A stretch of DNA of 54,378 nucleotides. It comes from a virus (lineage: Duplodnaviria > Caudoviricetes). Positions 52,952-54,378 of the stretch are shown in pieces. Location: the IMG/VR virus record IMGVR_UViG_3300014501_000023, positions 1 to 54,378 of that record. One strand, given 5' to 3'. The notes beneath the pieces are model-generated. The model ran no database searches, had not been told where the DNA came from, and worked only from the letters and a program-made list of their open reading frames with translations. The first letter of the stretch is position 1. The number at the start of each line of letters is the position of its first letter. Both the position numbers and the translations under genes were made by a program.

Positions 52952-54378
52952 GAGCAATCAGGCTCGCGCTGCTCGCGCTTTTATTTGCCGGCGCTGCGCA
53001 GGCGCAGACCTACGTCGCTGGCGTCACGGTAGGCGCCGTGAGCGGCTCGAACGTAGTGCAAGTCACGCCCACGCCTTCGACGCTCGTGATGCAATGCCTG
53101 CCGGCGTGGCAGCGGGAGTGCTGGCCTGGTACTAGCGGCATCGGCCCCTCTGCCGCTCTCGGTTCACTGGCTGGTTCCGCTTATGTGTGGGCGCTGCTAC
53201 CGCCATCGACGAGCGCGAAGTGGGTCACGGTGGCGGCGATCACCGCGTCTGCGCCTGGTCCGACGCCAGCGCCCACCGTCGCGCTCTCGGCGCAAACCAC
53301 GTTGAATTGGTCGTCCACAGGCACTACCGGCGCGGCGCCTTGCTCGGGCGTCGGAACAGCGGCGAGCGGCTCGCTGAGCGTGTCACCTACTCTCACGACC
53401 ACGTACACGCAGACGTGCAAGGGAGCGGGCGGCACGGCGAGCGCATCGGTCACGGTGGCCGGCGTGATGCCGGTAACGCCGCCGCCTCCACCACCTCCAC
53501 CGCCTCCACCGCCGCCTCCACCGCCGCCTCCACCACCACCGATCACAAACAACTGCGGCATGCAGCTCGGCGGTCCGGCGGCTTTTTGCTTCACGTTCGA
53601 TACGCCGATGGTGGTGGCCGGCACGCGCACTGGCGCGCTCGACCCGAACGTCTGGGGCGTGTCACGCACGATTGGCGATAGTGGGCTGAACCTTGGGCAG
53701 AGCGAGTACAACCAATGGAACGCCACGACGATACAGAACTGCACCGGCACGGCAACGGTCACGCCGCCCAACGACATTGCGATCTGCAACGGCCAGCTGC
53801 GTGAAGCGGTCAACGACAATAATAATTCTGCCTTTGAGAACGGCGATGTGACCTCGCTCGCGATGTACCCCAAGCAGCCGTTCGACTTCGCTGGACGCAC
53901 TGGCACCGTGAGCTTCGACGTGTCGAACGATTCGCAGGGATCGCACTCGGTGTGGCCGGAATTCTGGATGTCTGATCAGCCCGTGCCCGATCCGTTCACC
54001 CACGAGGCGACGTGGCAGGCGATGCCGACCAATGGGTTTGGCGTGCGCATGGGCAACGCGGCGCCACCAGGGCAGCAGGGCCAATGCCAGAACGGCAACA
54101 ACCTGGCGAAGTTTCGCTGGAACGTGGACTCTGCGATAGTCGTGCGCAATCACGTTGAGGAAGACACGAACGGGTACGGCACGCCAACCGGCCTGACCGT
54201 GACGAACCTCGACTGCGTGATCTCGTCCAGCGGCCCCGGAAACATGAATCATGTGGAGCTGCGCATCTCGACCAACGAGATCGACGTGTACGCGACGGAC
54301 GCAGGCGTGGCGGCGGCGCTGAGCACGCTGCGTGAGATCACGAAGATCACAGGCGCGAATCTGCCTTTCACTCGCGGC
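52948..54378 (+). CDS. secreted protein with Pro21 linker and putative ConA/LamG-like domain (3' truncated by window; absent from ORF track)
   Basis: hand translation MRAIRLALLALLFAGAAQA-Q...; open to window end; YPKQPFDFAGRTGTVSFDVSND...WPEFW...MNHVELRIS. Confidence 0.75.
   Translation, partial: MRAIRLALLALLFAGAAQAQTYVAGVTVGAVSGSNVVQVTPTPSTLVMQCLPAWQRECWPGTSGIGPSAALGSLAGSAYVWALLPPSTSAKWVTVAAITASAPGPTPAPTVALSAQTTLNWSSTGTTGAAPCSGVGTAASGSLSVSPTLTTTYTQTCKGAGGTASASVTVAGVMPVTPPPPPPPPPPPPPPPPPPPPPITNNCGMQLGGPAAFCFTFDTPMVVAGTRTGALDPNVWGVSRTIGDSGLNLGQSEYNQWNATTIQNCTGTATVTPPNDIAICNGQLREAVNDNNNSAFENGDVTSLAMYPKQPFDFAGRTGTVSFDVSNDSQGSHSVWPEFWMSDQPVPDPFTHEATWQAMPTNGFGVRMGNAAPPGQQGQCQNGNNLAKFRWNVDSAIVVRNHVEEDTNGYGTPTGLTVTNLDCVISSSGPGNMNHVELRISTNEIDVYATDAGVAAALSTLREITKITGANLPFTRG
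53479..53541 (+). repeat. CCN microsatellite-like tract encoding 21 consecutive prolines
   Basis: ccgccgcctccaccacctcca... read directly. Confidence 0.9.

Noticed and set aside
1-54378. Stop-codon reassignment, or an integrated prophage with host flanks
   Set aside because: Conserved genes are full length in the standard code and end in TAA, TAG or TGA; no integrase, att pair or host housekeeping block is visible. Lifestyle cannot be determined from this window.

Overview
A 54 kb segment of a GC-rich tailed-phage genome with a contractile tail. The morphogenesis module is Bcep781/Aaphi23-like: DUF1073 portal, MuF, DUF2213 protease, DUF2184 capsid, DUF3383 sheath. The left arm (1-13.5 kb, minus strand) holds early and replication genes: thyX, DUF3310, DUF2130, DUF1643, an SSB-like gene, about 22 tiny mostly envelope-targeted genes, an atypical tRNA-Tyr(GUA) absent from the ORF track, and a primase-helicase preceded by a highly structured ~140-nt RNA. 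A divergent control and putative origin region lies at 13.5-14.0 kb. The right arm (14-54 kb, plus strand) holds a late regulator, terminase, head, neck, tail, baseplate and an unusually large adsorption module. Most striking observation: nearly all fibre, spike, lectin and glycosidase-like proteins, including the canonical tail fibre after the baseplate genes, start with Sec or lipoprotein signal peptides, and most have paired cysteines. The cytoplasmic core virion proteins carry short peptide extensions that could be docking tags. This suggests receptor-binding proteins are exported, folded in the periplasm and attached at or after lysis (inference). Other notable items: a NUDIX-cargo-protease-scaffold polyprotein punctuated by small-x-Asp motifs, CTG and ATT starts, a -1 frameshift, a 27-repeat ruler-like protein, and tandem DUF6527-like genes. 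No integrase, repressor, DNA polymerase, clear lysis cassette or CRISPR array is visible. Family names come from motif recognition by eye, not from database searches.
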